Shown piece by piece: positions 26,565 to 38,935 of a stretch of 64,000 nt of DNA. The notes under the pieces were generated by a model, which saw nothing but the letters and a program-made list of their open reading frames with translations, ran no database searches and was not told where the DNA came from. Source of the DNA: Paraspadella gotoi. Taxonomy: Eukaryota; Animalia; Chaetognatha. The position numbers and the translations under genes are program-made. Location: NCBI GenBank assembly GCA_051294375.1, contig CM119263.1, positions 21,016,268 through 21,080,267 on the forward strand. The letters run 5' to 3'. Within the stretch, counting starts at the first letter, position 1. Each line of letters opens with the position of its first letter.

Positions 26565-27635
26565 AATGGACATAAAGTGACATAAAATCAATGACCTTAC
26601 TAACTAAAATGACCCAAAATGATATAACGATACACAACACAATAAATGACATAAAGGGATCAAATGTAGCTATCATGACATAACGACGTAGTATGATATA
26701 AAAGACAATGACCTTATGACTGCAATGACCCAAAATGATATAACGGAGTGGTCTTTTCATACAATTGAAAATTCTTTTTGAAATATTATACCACTTCATG
26801 ATAGGAACCAGGTACTCTGGGAGTGAAAATAAACGAGACTGTGAGAGAGTCTTGATGAAAGCTTGCAGTGACCTGCTATGTCATTATCTTGTAAGAGTGA
26901 TGGAGGCCTTAAACCACCAAAGCCTGTCCAAAGTCAGGGGCAAGATAGCTTATTTATTAAATATGGATAATTTTTTAATTGGTTGTACCAATTCATATAA
27001 TGACATGTCACAATAAGTAACGAATAAAGGCCAACATGACTTAAATAACGTAAATGACATAAAATGACCAGACATAATTAAAATGTAACTATCTCGACAA
27101 AATTGACGTAAATGACATAAAAAACAACAACCTTATGACAAAGGACCCAAATTGATATAACTATATACAATGACAGACTCCAATGACTGAATGATAAAGA
27201 ACCAACATTACTTGAATGATGTGAATGACAGTAAATGACTAAACAATGATTAAAATTACTTTAAGGAACACATATAATAAAAATGACATAAAGTGATCAA
27301 ATGTAAACTATCACGAACATAACTTCAAAATGAAAATAAAAGACAATACCTTATCGAACTGAAATGACCCAGAAATGATGTTATAACGACATACAATGAC
27401 ATGACACAATACTATGAATAAAGGACCAAACTTCGGCTTAAATGACGCATCAATGACATGACTATCGCAATTCCAATGAATGATTATCATCCGATCAATG
27501 AAGGACTATTATCGCATCAATGAATGATAATCATCGCATCAATGAATGACTAATCGCACCATCATTTGGTTATCCAACACATCAATCCCTCCGGTTATCA
27601 TCGCATCAATATTTGGTTATCATGCGCAATTCAAT
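26565..27635 (+). repeat. Degenerate AATGACATAAA minisatellite followed by ~21-bp ATCATCGCATCAATGAATG satellite
   Basis: Periodic ATGAC motifs. Equivalent at 14520-15580. The 21-bp satellite also occurs at 12895-13050, 24880-25040, 31020-31210 (minus) and 63735-63895. Confidence 0.8.
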
Positions 27636-27639
27636 CTTA

Positions 27640-30028
27640 GGTTCTAGTTGGTTGGCGACTTCGCCATGGCGATATCGCCAGGGCTTTGGCGATGTCCGCC
27701 AGTCCCCCACTGGCGACCTTCTACCGCCAGTGATAAAAGTAGCGAATATAATGAAAAGCGCAGCTAAAATGGGGATGAGCATCACCTTCAGGCTTCCTCT
27801 CCCAACCCTTAACACCTAAACCAAACCCTCCCGTTCAACTCTGTGCCTCCCCCTAACCCCTAACCCGGGCCTGGGCCTCCCGTACATCTCCATGCCTCAA
27901 CCCTCAACCCTAACCGCCTTTTTGATGCATCAACCACGGGCCCCTTCCCCCAACCCCTAACCCTAAACCAAGCCTCTCTGTTCAACTCTGTGCCTCTCCC
28001 CTAACCCTAACCCAGGCTCAGCTTTCCCGTACATCTCCTGCCTCAACCCTAACCCTAACCGCCTTCGATGCATCAACCACGGCCCTCCCCAACCCCTAAC
28101 CCTAAACTAAGCCTCCCATTCAACTCCATGCCTCTCCCTAACCCTAACCCAGGCCCAGCCTCCCGTACATCTCCGTGCCTCAAACCCTAACCATAACGCC
28201 TTAGATGCATCAACCCATGGGTCCCTCCCGCAACCCTAACCCTTAACCAAGCCTCCCGTTCAACTCCATGCCTCTCCCCTAACCCTTAAACCCAGCGGCT
28301 CCCGCTCCCGCACCCTATGCCTCGTATCACGCTCCTCCCACCTACTACCGTGGAGCCTCCAATTCCCTCAACCGCACATTGCCTTCGCATATATAACCCA
28401 CGGCCTCTCTTTCCCAACCCTAACCTCTAAACGGGACCCAGGCCTCCCGTAACATACTCCGTGCCTCAACCCTAACCCTAAGCGCGGCACTCTTGGTCAT
28501 CAACAACACCCTCCTCACCCCTATCCTAGAAATTGACATTATAATAAGCCTAAAATAAACTTAACTAACTCAAACCCTAACCCTAACCTACTAATACTAC
28601 CTAACCCTAAATCTACTCAACCCTAACCCTAACTACTACCTACTCAACCCTAACCCTAACCCTAATCTGAGTTTGTTAGGCGAAATCGCATAACTATAAA
28701 CGCTAGATGTAGTTCACAGCTAAATCGCCAAATGGCGAGGGCGTCATGGCTAAGTCCGCGAAATTTGCGCATTTTGCACTGAACTTACATTAGCGTTCTA
28801 GTTTATGGCGATTTCGCCTAAACTAAACTCAGAATAGGGTTTAGGGTTAGGGTTGAAGTTGGTTTAGGTTAGTGAGTTGTAGTAGTTAGGGTAGGGTTTG
28901 AGGTTGGTAGTAGTTAGGGTTAGGGTTGAGTAGTTTAGGCTTAGGGTTGAGTTAGTCTAGGGTTAGGGTTTAGGGTTGAGTAAAGTTAAGTTTATTTTAC
29001 GCGCTTTATTATTAATGTCAATTTTTAGGATAGGGGTAGGGGAGGGTGTTGTTGAGACCAAGAGGCCGCGTTAGGGTACTGGCGAAGGAAACATTAGGGA
29101 TTAGCGGTGGAGGCACGTAGAGCTACCGGAGGCCTGGCCCGTTAGGGTTAGGTTTGGGAAGAGAGACCCGTGGGTTATATATCAAAGCGATATAGGGTAG
29201 GCGTTGAGGTACAGGAGATTGTACGGAGGCGGGCCTGGTTAGGGTGTAGGGAGAGATGGCATGGAGTTGAACGAAGGCTTGGTTTAGGGTTTAGGGTTGT
29301 GGGGAGGGACCCATTGTTTGATGCATCAAAGCGGTTAGGGTTTAGGGTGAGGTTGGAGATGTCCGGAAGGCCAGCTCTGGTTAGGGTTTAGGTGGAGAGG
29401 CATGGAGTTGAACCGGGAGGCTTGGTTTAGGGTTAGGTTGGAGGAGGGGACCCATGTTGATGCATCGCAAGGCGGGTTAGGGTTAGGGTTTGAGGCACGG
29501 AGATGTACGGGAGGCCGGGCCTGGGTTCAGGGTTGAGGGGAGAGCATTTGGAGCTTGAACGGAGGCTTAGTTTAGGGTATCGGTTGAGGGCCCGTGCGTT
29601 TGATGCATCGAAGGCGGTATAGGCTTTAGGGTTGAGGGCAGGAGATGTATGGGAAAGCCCGGGCCTGGCGTTTAGGGTTAGGGAGAGCACAGAGTTGAAT
29701 GGAAGACTTGTTATAGGCGTTAGGTGGGGTGTAGGGGCCCGTGGTTGATGCAACAAAGGCGGTTAGGGTTAGGGTTGAGGCATGGAGATGTACGGAGGCC
29801 CAGGCCCGGGTTAGGGTTAGGGGAGAGCACAGAGTGAAACGGGAGGTTTGGTTTAGGCGTTAGGGTTGGAGAGGAGCCTAGTAGGTAATGTTATCCCCGT
29901 TGCTTAGCCTCGCGTTTTCATTATATTCGCTACTTTATCACAGTGAGGGTCGCCAGTGAGGGGACTGGGACATCGCCAAAGCCCTGGCGGATATCGCCAT
30001 GGCGAAGTTCGCCCAACCAACTCGAACC
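27640..30028. mobile_element. Foldback/composite TIR element with telomere-like CCCTAA/TTAGGG arrays
   Basis: Outer termini GGTTCTAGTTGGTTGGCGACTTCGCCATGGCGATATCGCC / GGCGGATATCGCCATGGCGAAGTTCGCCCAACCAACTCGAACC, each flanked by TA. Arms 27640-28703 and 28793-30028 are reverse complements built from ~140-bp units containing (CCCTAA)2 blocks. Confidence 0.8.
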
Positions 30029-30674
30029 TAATGCTCTTTAAGATTTTTATATTATTTTTTATTGTAAATCTTTATACAATTCGTCCCAATTAAAAAATAA
30101 TGCTGTCCTGAGCATGTTCTTACTGTTTTGAATAATTATTTTTTATCGTAAGGATTCCCAGATATATTCTTAATTAATGGTGTAAATGAATTTTAACTAA
30201 TTTTAAGTATTTATTCAATATTAATTTATTATAATTTTCTTTTTATCTTAGCAATGCTGAGCGTTTGCGATTATATTGTAACGCTTTTGTGCATGAAGTG
30301 GCGTTCCTCATGTTGTTGTCGTCGAAATTATAGATCGCCTTTTGATTTGAAAGTTTTGAGTGATCGATTGATCCAAAGATTTTTTATGATTATTAAATAT
30401 TTTTTTCAGTTTTATAAAAATATTTCTATGATCGAAAGGATAGTTTTTAGTTAGCTTTATTAAAGCTATTAAAGCCTTAATGTCCATTTTAAGATATAGT
30501 TCCTTCTATTATTAATCTTTTTTATTACATTGATTTTCATTTAAGTTTTTTTAATAATTTTTTTCATTGTTTTATTTCATTTGTTCTTTTTTCCGTTTTA
30601 AAGCAGTGAAATAAAAAAATAGCAAAAATAGGATATTATGGTGGGACTAAAAATCCACCAATCGTTCGGATCAT

Positions 30675-30750
30675 GCGGCCATTGGTGCCGGAAGGCAAGT
30701 CATTCGGCCTCCCAACCCCAAAGGTCCGGGGTTCTAGCCCGGTGGTCGTC
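30675..30750 (+). pseudogene. tRNA-like sequence (Gly-CCC-like loop); probable SINE head or tRNA pseudogene
   Basis: Acceptor GCGGCCA/TGGTCGT, T-arm-like CCGGG-GTTCTAG-CCCGG and anticodon-type loop CTCCCAA. The D and anticodon stems pair poorly and there is no oligo-T terminator right after. Confidence 0.55.
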
Positions 30751-30961
30751 TGCAGTTAAGAAGGACGGGCGCTTAACCCGCCTGTAACATGTGTTACAGC
30801 CTGATCCGAAGCTCAGGCACTGGCTTACAATTGAACGCCGTTCTGTTCATAACAACATATCAATGAATTACTGTCTCTCAATATATTATTTTATATAAGA
30901 ATTTAATTTGCAAGGAAAATGTATGCAACATTGACATGTGCATATATTATATTTCATTATA

Positions 30962-31439
30962 AAAATCTTAAAAGCAATAGGGATCGGAGCCAGCTTCGAT
31001 GGTAACCAAATATTAATGGCGATGATAACTAAATATTGATGCGATGATAACAATAATTGAGTGCGATGATAATAAAATAACTGATGTGATGATAATCAAT
31101 GATGATGCGATGATAGTCATTCATTGATGTGATGATAATCATTCATTGATATGATGAAATCATTCATTGATGCGATGATAGTCATTCATTGACGCGATGA
31201 GTCATTCATCGTAAATAAAACAAACAAATGCGTGTATGAATGAAAGAAGAAGAGAGAGAGAGAAGAGAGAGAGAGAGAAAGAGTGAGAGAGGCTGGTCAG
31301 TTTTCACTTCGTTTATATAAAGAATAATCAGAATTTTTAGAAAAAAAATTCACGAAAAATCTCGGATGTAAATTTGGGATTTTGTATTGAGAAAAAAAGC
31401 GCGGAATAAATGGCGGAATAAATAGAAAAGAAAAGAGAG

Positions 31440-31482
<43 letters not shown>

Positions 31483-32209
31483 TAGAGAGAAGCTGGACCG
31501 CCCTGCAGAGCTGAACTCGTTTTTCGACGTATCTGAGTAGGGACGAACTCTTTTCCTTTCTAATATTTTTTTTACTTATCAAAAAAAATTTTATGTCCTC
31601 ATCTTAAAAAAGTTTTAATCTTGAATGAAATTTTAGATTGTTCTTTTTTTTTTAAGAAGAAACCAGACCGAGGTCAAATTTCATATTTGCATATTTAACT
31701 AATTTATAAATATTTATCCCAACTCAAATAATTAATTTTAAAAAAGAATAAAAATGATTAAATATATACACTAAAAAATTTACAATTTTAAATTGTAAAA
31801 ATTATTAGAATAAACAAAAAAGTAATGTTTAATTTGACAACTAATTCTCTCTTCTCAACTCCTATTTAGATATTAATTTGCCAATAGTGGGCCGACCCGG
31901 TCCAAAGTTACAGTAATAAACAAAAACAAAAAAAATTTTTTTTGTTAGAAAGTTATATATGTAATTAAAATTAATCCGCGCAAATGCCGTCTATATCAAG
32001 CTACATGTAACAGCAGCAAGCGGATGTACATGTGACATTGCCTGCATTATAAGTTATTTTTTCGTTTTTTCTAAAAATGAATCCATGAAAATCTCGGATG
32101 TAAATTTGGATTTTGTATAGAGAAAAAAAAAAAATGGCTTATAAAAAAGTTTTTAGAAGGAAAAAAATAATAAGAATTTTTCAAAAAAACGAACGATCGT
32201 ACTTAGAGA

Positions 32210-32242
<33 letters not shown>

Positions 32243-32485
32243 AGAGAGAGAAGAGAAAAGAAGCTGAACAGAGCCGGAACTCGTTTACTCGTTTACTCGT
32301 CGCCTCGTGAAAAAAAAAGTCACTAAAAAATTTTTTTTTGTAAAAAAAAAAAGAGAGAGATAGAGCCGGAACTCGTTTAATCGTTTACTCGTCGCGCAGT
32401 GACGGAGGTGAAAAAAAAGGTGACTAAAAATTATTTTTGTACAAAAAAAAGAGATAGGAAAGAGAGAAAAGAGAGAGACAGATAG

Positions 32486-32536
<51 letters not shown>

Positions 32537-32600
32537 CCGGAACTCGTTTTCTCGTTTTAAAAGTGAATAAATTTTTTTTTTTTGTAAAAAAAAAAAAGAG

Positions 32601-32638
<38 letters not shown>

Positions 32639-33217
32639 AAGTTTTCCCGCCAACGATACGCAATATTAGGTCACTCTTGTTTATATCGGCGTGATCTCGG
32701 TCAAGTTGGATTTTTTTATACACGTAACGTTTCCGTTGCCATCAAAACGCGTTATTAGGTCATGTTCCTCGTCATTGTTTACTCGTTGCCCCGCAACGGC
32801 CACGAAATCCAGGTCAAGTAAGTTATTCTTCACATTTTCTCAAAAAAATCCACGAAAATCTCAGATGTAAATTTGGGATTTGTATGAGAAAGAAGCGCGG
32901 AATAAATGGCGATAATAAAAGTTTTAGAAGGAAAGAAATTAATAAGAATTTTTCAAAAAAACGGTGGTTAAAACAAAGTGAATAACTTACTATGATCGCA
33001 CACTTTTGTAAAACTTTATAAATAATTCATAATAATTTTTATTTAAAAAAAAACGGTAAGTCACAGCCAAACCTATAAAAGCGTAGTAGTTTTTATATAA
33101 AAAAAAACAGCGTCGAGAGAGACGACGAGACGACGACGACGACGCGACGACTACGTCACAAAGAGCAAACCTAAAACATTATAGAGCCTGAACCGGCTTC
33201 GCCGGTCATGGCTCGAT
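30962..33217 (-). mobile_element. HINE-like family B, probable full-length copy
   Basis: The 5' head GGCTCGATAAAA ends at 33217 and is preceded by (GAC)n. A probable 3' subTIR GATCGGAGCCAGC lies near 30982. The interior carries the ATCATCGCATCAATG satellite and AG-rich GCCGGAACTCGTTT modules. Confidence 0.55.
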
Positions 33218-33471
33218 AAAAACACTGGAAGGGAGAGAAAAAATGAAAAAGGTAAAAGAAAAGGGAGAAAAAAAGAAGTGAAAAGAAGTAGGGGAAAAGA
33301 GAGAAAGAAAAAGAAAAGTACAGAAGGAGATTAGTATAGAAAAAAAGATTAAAAGGGTTGAAATCACAAAGGAAAAAAATAGGAAAAAATGGAAGAAGAG
33401 AGAAGTGAAAAAATATGATGAGAAAGGAGGAGGAGAATAAGAGAGGACAAGAAAAAATAATTTTCTTTAAA

Positions 33472-33888
33472 CAAAGTTTGAGCAAACAATGTCGAATCTG
33501 CCTACGATAATTAAGTGGTAATAAGCTAACTTGGTCAACTTGCATAATTTAATCAACTTGCATAATTTGGTCAACTGACATAATTTGGTTAACTGACTTA
33601 ATTTGTTCTACTGGGGACATAATTGGTCTGACATAATTGGTCAACTGAACTAATTTGATCAATTAAGGATAATTTGGTCAACCGGCATAATTTGGTCAAC
33701 TGCATAATTTATCAGCTGGCCTAATTTGGTCAACTGGCACAATTTGGTCAACAGGCATAATTTGGTCAACTTGCAGAACTTGATCAACTTGCAGAATTTG
33801 GTCAACTGGCATAATTTGGTCAACTTTAAGAATTTGGTCAACTGGCATATTTTGTTCAATTGGCATAATTTGTCAACAATCAATCAAT

Positions 33889-33962
<74 letters not shown>

Positions 33963-34715
33963 GAGAGAGATAGAAAGAAGAAACTTTAAAAAATTCAAAT
34001 AAATGTGTCTTTTGGTTTTCTAATTTGAACTCTTTTCCACTCACTACGATTCCATCAAAAAATTTTATATCCAGCTTTATCCACATACTTTCCTACCCAC
34101 ACACAAAATTCCAATTTCGATTTATCTATCTAATTTTTAATAAACATAATAATTATGAGTAATTTAAGTAAAAGACTTCAAGTAAATATGACTTTTTGTT
34201 TTTTCTATTTTAACTCATTTCCCCTACTCGCTACGATTCCATCGAAACTTTATATCCAACTCAATCACACACTTTCCTACCATCATACAAAATTTCAAGT
34301 CAATTGCTCTATCCACTCATGAGCAAATTGTCGTTCAAATAGTGAAATATATTTTTTTCCCATTTAAAACCAATTTCCCACTCGCACGATTTCCCTCGAA
34401 AACTTCATATCCATCTCAATCACACAGTTCCTACCCACACGCAAAATTTCATACCAATCTCATCCATCCAATCACGAGTAATTGGAGTTTTTTTCTAAGG
34501 TGGGACGGACTGATGGACGGACGGATGGACGGACGATGGATGGACGGACGGACGATGGACGGACGGACGGACGGACATAATTTTTTTTGCATAATTTAAC
34601 ATAATTTGATGTTCTGACATAATATAAATGTGTGCCCGACAATATTGAGCGGGCGGACCGACGGACCGACAAAGTGAATTATAGAGTCGGGATCTGCTGA
34701 TAAGCAGATCCGACT
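33472..34715 (-). mobile_element. HINE family A, complete copy with internal satellites
   Basis: 3' end AAAGTTTGAGCAAACAATGTCGAATCTGC (GTTTG/CAAAC hairpin plus subTIR) and 5' end GTCGGGATCTGCTGATAAGCAGATCCGACTAAAA. Internal 18-bp minisatellite, (AATC)n, ~170-190-bp tandem units and (GGAC)n. Confidence 0.75.
33525..33961 (+). repeat. 18-bp minisatellite GCATAATTTGGTCAACTG followed by (AATC)n
   Basis: Directly visible periodicity. Related arrays at 51940-52150 and 53020-53055 (minus). Confidence 0.9.
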
Positions 34716-34749
34716 AAAAATCAAAGATTTTATACCAAAAAATAAAAAA

Positions 34750-34863
34750 ATAATATTTAAAAATTAACCGAATTTAACCATTAAAATAAATATATTAACG
34801 GTTAGGTTAAAATTATTTTTAACAGTTGATAACCGTTAACTGTTAACAGTTATCATAACCCTA
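34750..34863. mobile_element. hAT-like MITE end with AACCGTT/TTAAC subterminal repeats
   Basis: Ends in ATAACCCTA (reverse complement TAGGGTTAT). A reverse-complement relative lies at ~40920-41010 and a similar end (GGAACTCTA) at ~42050-42149. Confidence 0.4.
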
Positions 34864-37800
34864 ATAATTAGTAGTAGATTTAAGCTCTTAACCGGCGCAG
34901 AGCAAATTCAATCAATGTGGCATTCTTTTTAGTATTGTAAAAGCAAGAGGAAAATAAAACCTATATCAGAAAGAAAAAACATCAGAGGTTATTTTAATGT
35001 ATTATAAAAAGACATTCAATAACTTTTTGCCTATAAAATTTGATGGTAAATACTATTCTAAGTATTGATTCACTACCCTGTAGTTTTTACTACAGGGAGT
35101 AAAAAGTGAAGAATTTTTTTCTAATTCGGTACAGAAGACAAAGGAATTTTGATAACATGTTGTAAATTAATAATACTATAAAGTATAAATATATTGCATT
35201 TTGCTTTTCTGATCCCGACACAATATGAACAAAATATTTTATGTACTCCATAATCATATTATCTCACATGAAATTATAATTGTTAGAGCTCCACTCTAAT
35301 ATACTTATTATTAAATTGTAACTTTTTTACTTCAGCAACTTATGAAGATTTTATTTTTTACTCGTTTGAAGCTTTCGGTTCTTAACTGCTTTACACACGA
35401 TCGATCTTGCAATCGTTTACCAATTTTTTGTTTCCTTCGCTAATTTGTCCATACGTCCGTCTGTCCAAAAGCCGTTTTAGCTTCACTTTTGTTTTTATTA
35501 CTTCACTATCTTTAGTCGGTTACCTGTGGCTGTTTTTTTTTCGTCACTAAAGGGTCCACATCCTATACGCGCCAACCCCGAATCCTGTCTTTTCCCCTTT
35601 CGCCCTCGTTCCTGGTCTCTCGAATTTTATCAGGGAATTATCCCGGAAGAGAAGGAATGACTGTTGCGGTTGTCAATGGGACTCGATATTAGGGAAATTT
35701 TTCGATGAAAATTCGAGGGAATGACTCTCTCTATCCCCTTAATGGAATTTTGTCGTTTGCGCTGGAGAATTCGTCGATATCGCTAGCGTGGGAAAGAATA
35801 TCACAGATAGAGAGGGTCAGATGATGGGTCGATGGGAGGTAAAGTAAAAAGCAGAAGAGAGTATAAAAAGACAAGAGAGAAGGAGATAAAATTAAGGTCT
35901 ATTCAATTCTCCGTCTGAGATACGGTGAGGGGTATAACTACACGGATTTAAAATGGGAGTGATTAATTATTTGTTATAGTAACTTCAGATTTTGTAAGCT
36001 GGTAAAAAAATTGCTGACGATCATTTTTCTTTTATTTCCAAATCAAATTTTGAGATTGAAGTTTTCTCCGTCTTTCTCCGCCTCAAGACCGCGGGATTTT
36101 TCAAACACCAAAAGTTATGAATGAATTTTTTTTTTCAAGAAAAAAGAAGCGCGGAATTTTCAAATTCGGAAACAACGCGACACAATTTGTGATTCTCTGC
36201 CACAGATGTGGCTTTTATACAACGCAGTTTTCTTCTCAAAAAAACGAAAAGGAATTGTCCTGTCGGAAACTCGTTTTTTTTTTCAAGATAAAAAATTTTC
36301 CTTCTTATTTTAACAACATAATTTAGTTACTTGAAGTCACACGACCAACTTTGTACTTGTATATCTCCTTAATTAAACCGTTCTCCTCTATTTTTCTTTT
36401 CTCATTTACACATTAATTTTTATGACTTTTTCCGGCTTTTTTTGTAATTTTTTAAACAATTTTTTTCTATTTACATCATCTTTTTTCTCTGACTGCGCCT
36501 TCACTTTATTCTCTCCATCCCTTTCCTTCCCCGTTAATTATTTTTACATCGAAACTCTCCCCACGGTTTAATTACTCTCATTTCTTTGACTTTTCCTCAT
36601 ATTTATTTAACTTACTTTCAATTGTTCACTTTCTTCCATCGAACTTCACTTCACTTCACTTCACTTTCTGTCGAAAAATGAAAAAAAAATGAGAACAAAT
36701 TGCAACTTTGAATTTAAATTTGAATGTATCTCGTGAAAACGAAAAACTAAAGTTTAAGCGACAAATATTAAAAAACTGAATCATTTCATCGATTTTCGAT
36801 AAAATTAAATAAGAACAAAACAAGTTTGAGCAAACAATGCCGGATCTGCCCACGACTCCTTAGCGGTAAGCAGCTGATCAGATAATTAAATAATAATTAA
36901 TTAATCAATTAATATTAATTTATTTTATTCGTGTCAAAATCGTTTTCCACTTTGTCTCGCCTCTCAATCACAAAACAACAATCTCTATCACAAAATTAAT
37001 TAATTATTTAATTAATAAATTAATTAAGTACAAATAATTAATTAATTACTATTTATTAATAATAAATAATAATAATAATTAATAATAAATAAATAATAAA
37101 TAATATAAAAATAAAAAATCTTAAAAGTAATAAGGATCTCGCCAAGGAATAGTATTATGAAAAAGTGCTATAATCTAATTTGCATATTGCAGTAAATCAT
37201 AATGAAGTTGAAATTCAAACAAAAAATACTTGAATCGATATGAAACAAAGAAACACATTTCAACTTCTTCACTGCCTCACTAATTAAACTTAATAACTAG
37301 ATACATTGTTTGGTAGTTAAACCATAAACCGGCAAAAATAGGCAGTAATAAATTTAATTTTTTTCGATCAACAACATTAGACAGACACTTCCTCTGGCAT
37401 TGAAATCTGTATTAAATATGCTATTTGCTTATTTTATTATTTATTTCTTTGATAACAATCTTGTTAATTCCCATTACAATTATTTGAGACCAGCAACGGA
37501 TTGCTAGCATTTATACAATAAAGCCAAAGTATTTGGTTAATATCAATTTTCGTCTGTAATACTAAAAAGCGGGGAATAAATGGCGATAATAAAAGTTTTT
37601 AGAAAGAAAAAAATAATCAGAATTTTCAAAAAACGATCACGCAAGAGATCGTCGTACAGAGAGAGACAGACACACAGAGAGAAAAACAGAGAGATATGGA
37701 GAGAGACGGAGAGAAGCGTAACATTCCTGCTGTATGAGTTATTCTTCACTTTTTCTAAAATAAATCTACAAAAATCTGGGATGTAAATTTGGGATTTTGT

Positions 37801-37939
37801 ATTGAGAAAAAAGCGCGGAATAAATGGCGATAATAAAAGTTTTTAGAAAGAAAAAAATAATCAGAATTTTTCAAATAACGAACGATCACGCAAGAGATCG
37901 TACAGAGAGAGAGAGAGAGAGAAAAGCTGGACAGCACCC

Positions 37940-38270
37940 ATTTTCGTCGCCTTCTTTTTCTTCTTCATCGTCATTTTCATTTTCTTCGTCGTTTTCGTCG
38001 TCATCTTCGACATCGTTGTTGTCATTTTCTTCATAATTTTCGTCGTCTTCTTCGTCGTCTTCGTCGTCGTTTTCGTCGTCTTCTTTGTTGTCTTCGTCGT
38101 CAGTTTTGTCTTCCTCTTCGTCGTCATTTTCGTCGTCTTCGTTGTAATTTTCGTTGTCGTCTTCGTCGTCATTTTCGTCGTCGTCTTTGTCGGCATTTTC
38201 GTCGTTGTCTTCGTCGTCATCTATGCCGTCGTTTTATTCGTTTTCTTCCTTGTTGTTGTCGTCGGTTTTC
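37940..38270 (+). repeat. Degenerate (TCG/TCT)n trinucleotide repeat
   Basis: Produces the spurious T/K-rich and S-rich ORFs. Confidence 0.85.
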
Positions 38271-38564
38271 TTCTACCAATCAATCAATCAGAAACTTACG
38301 TGGAAGCCATTTGTAGATTTGCAGATTTACAGTTAGGAACAATTTTAAACTGATTCACTGATTCACACAAGAAAAGCGAAAAAAAGTGAATATTTTTTTT
38401 TTAAAGAGAGAGAGAGGGAGAGAGAGAGAGAGCCTGAACTCGTTTTTAAACGATTCAGAAAAGGCAGCGCCTAATAATTTTTTTTTCTTTAGAAAAAAAA
38501 ATCAGAATTTTTCAAAAAACGAACGATCACGCAAGAGATCGTACACAGAGAGACACACACAGAG

Positions 38565-38826
38565 AGAGACAGAGAGAGAAGGAGAAGAGAGAGAGACGGA
38601 GAGAGACGAGAGAGACGGGAGAGACGGAGAGAGACGAGAGAGACGGAGAGAGACGGAGAGAGACGGAGAGAGACGAGACAGACGAGAGAGACGAGAGAGA
38701 CGGAGAGAGACGGAGAGAGACGGAGAGGACGAGAGAGACGGAGAGAGACGGGAGAGAGACGGAGAGAGACGGAGAGAGACGGAGAGAGACGAGACGGAGA
38801 GAGACGGAGAGAGACGGGGAGAGAGG
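38565..38826 (+). repeat. GAGAGACGGA-type purine-rich minisatellite
   Basis: Direct tandem periodicity of ~11 nt, flanked on both sides by GCCTGAACTCG..AAACGATTCAGAAAAGGCAGCGCCT. Confidence 0.85.
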
Positions 38827-38935
38827 CCTGAACTCGGTTTTAAACGATTCAGAAAAGGCAGCGCCTGATAATTAATGACAATGACACATTAAAATTTTTA
38901 ATTTTTTTTTGTTATCAAAGAAATAAATAATATAA

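Larger units (their letters stand above)
17311..30030 (+). repeat. Copy 3 (most complete) of ~12-kb unit
   Basis: Starts after a 100-N gap. Contains both ends of the hAT-like element and of the foldback element, and is collinear with copies 1 and 2. Confidence 0.88.

Noticed and set aside
33525-33875. CRISPR-like array or LRR-like protein (KLCQLT repeats)
   Set aside because: Contiguous 18-bp tandem repeat with no unique spacers and no cas genes. It lies inside a non-coding HINE.
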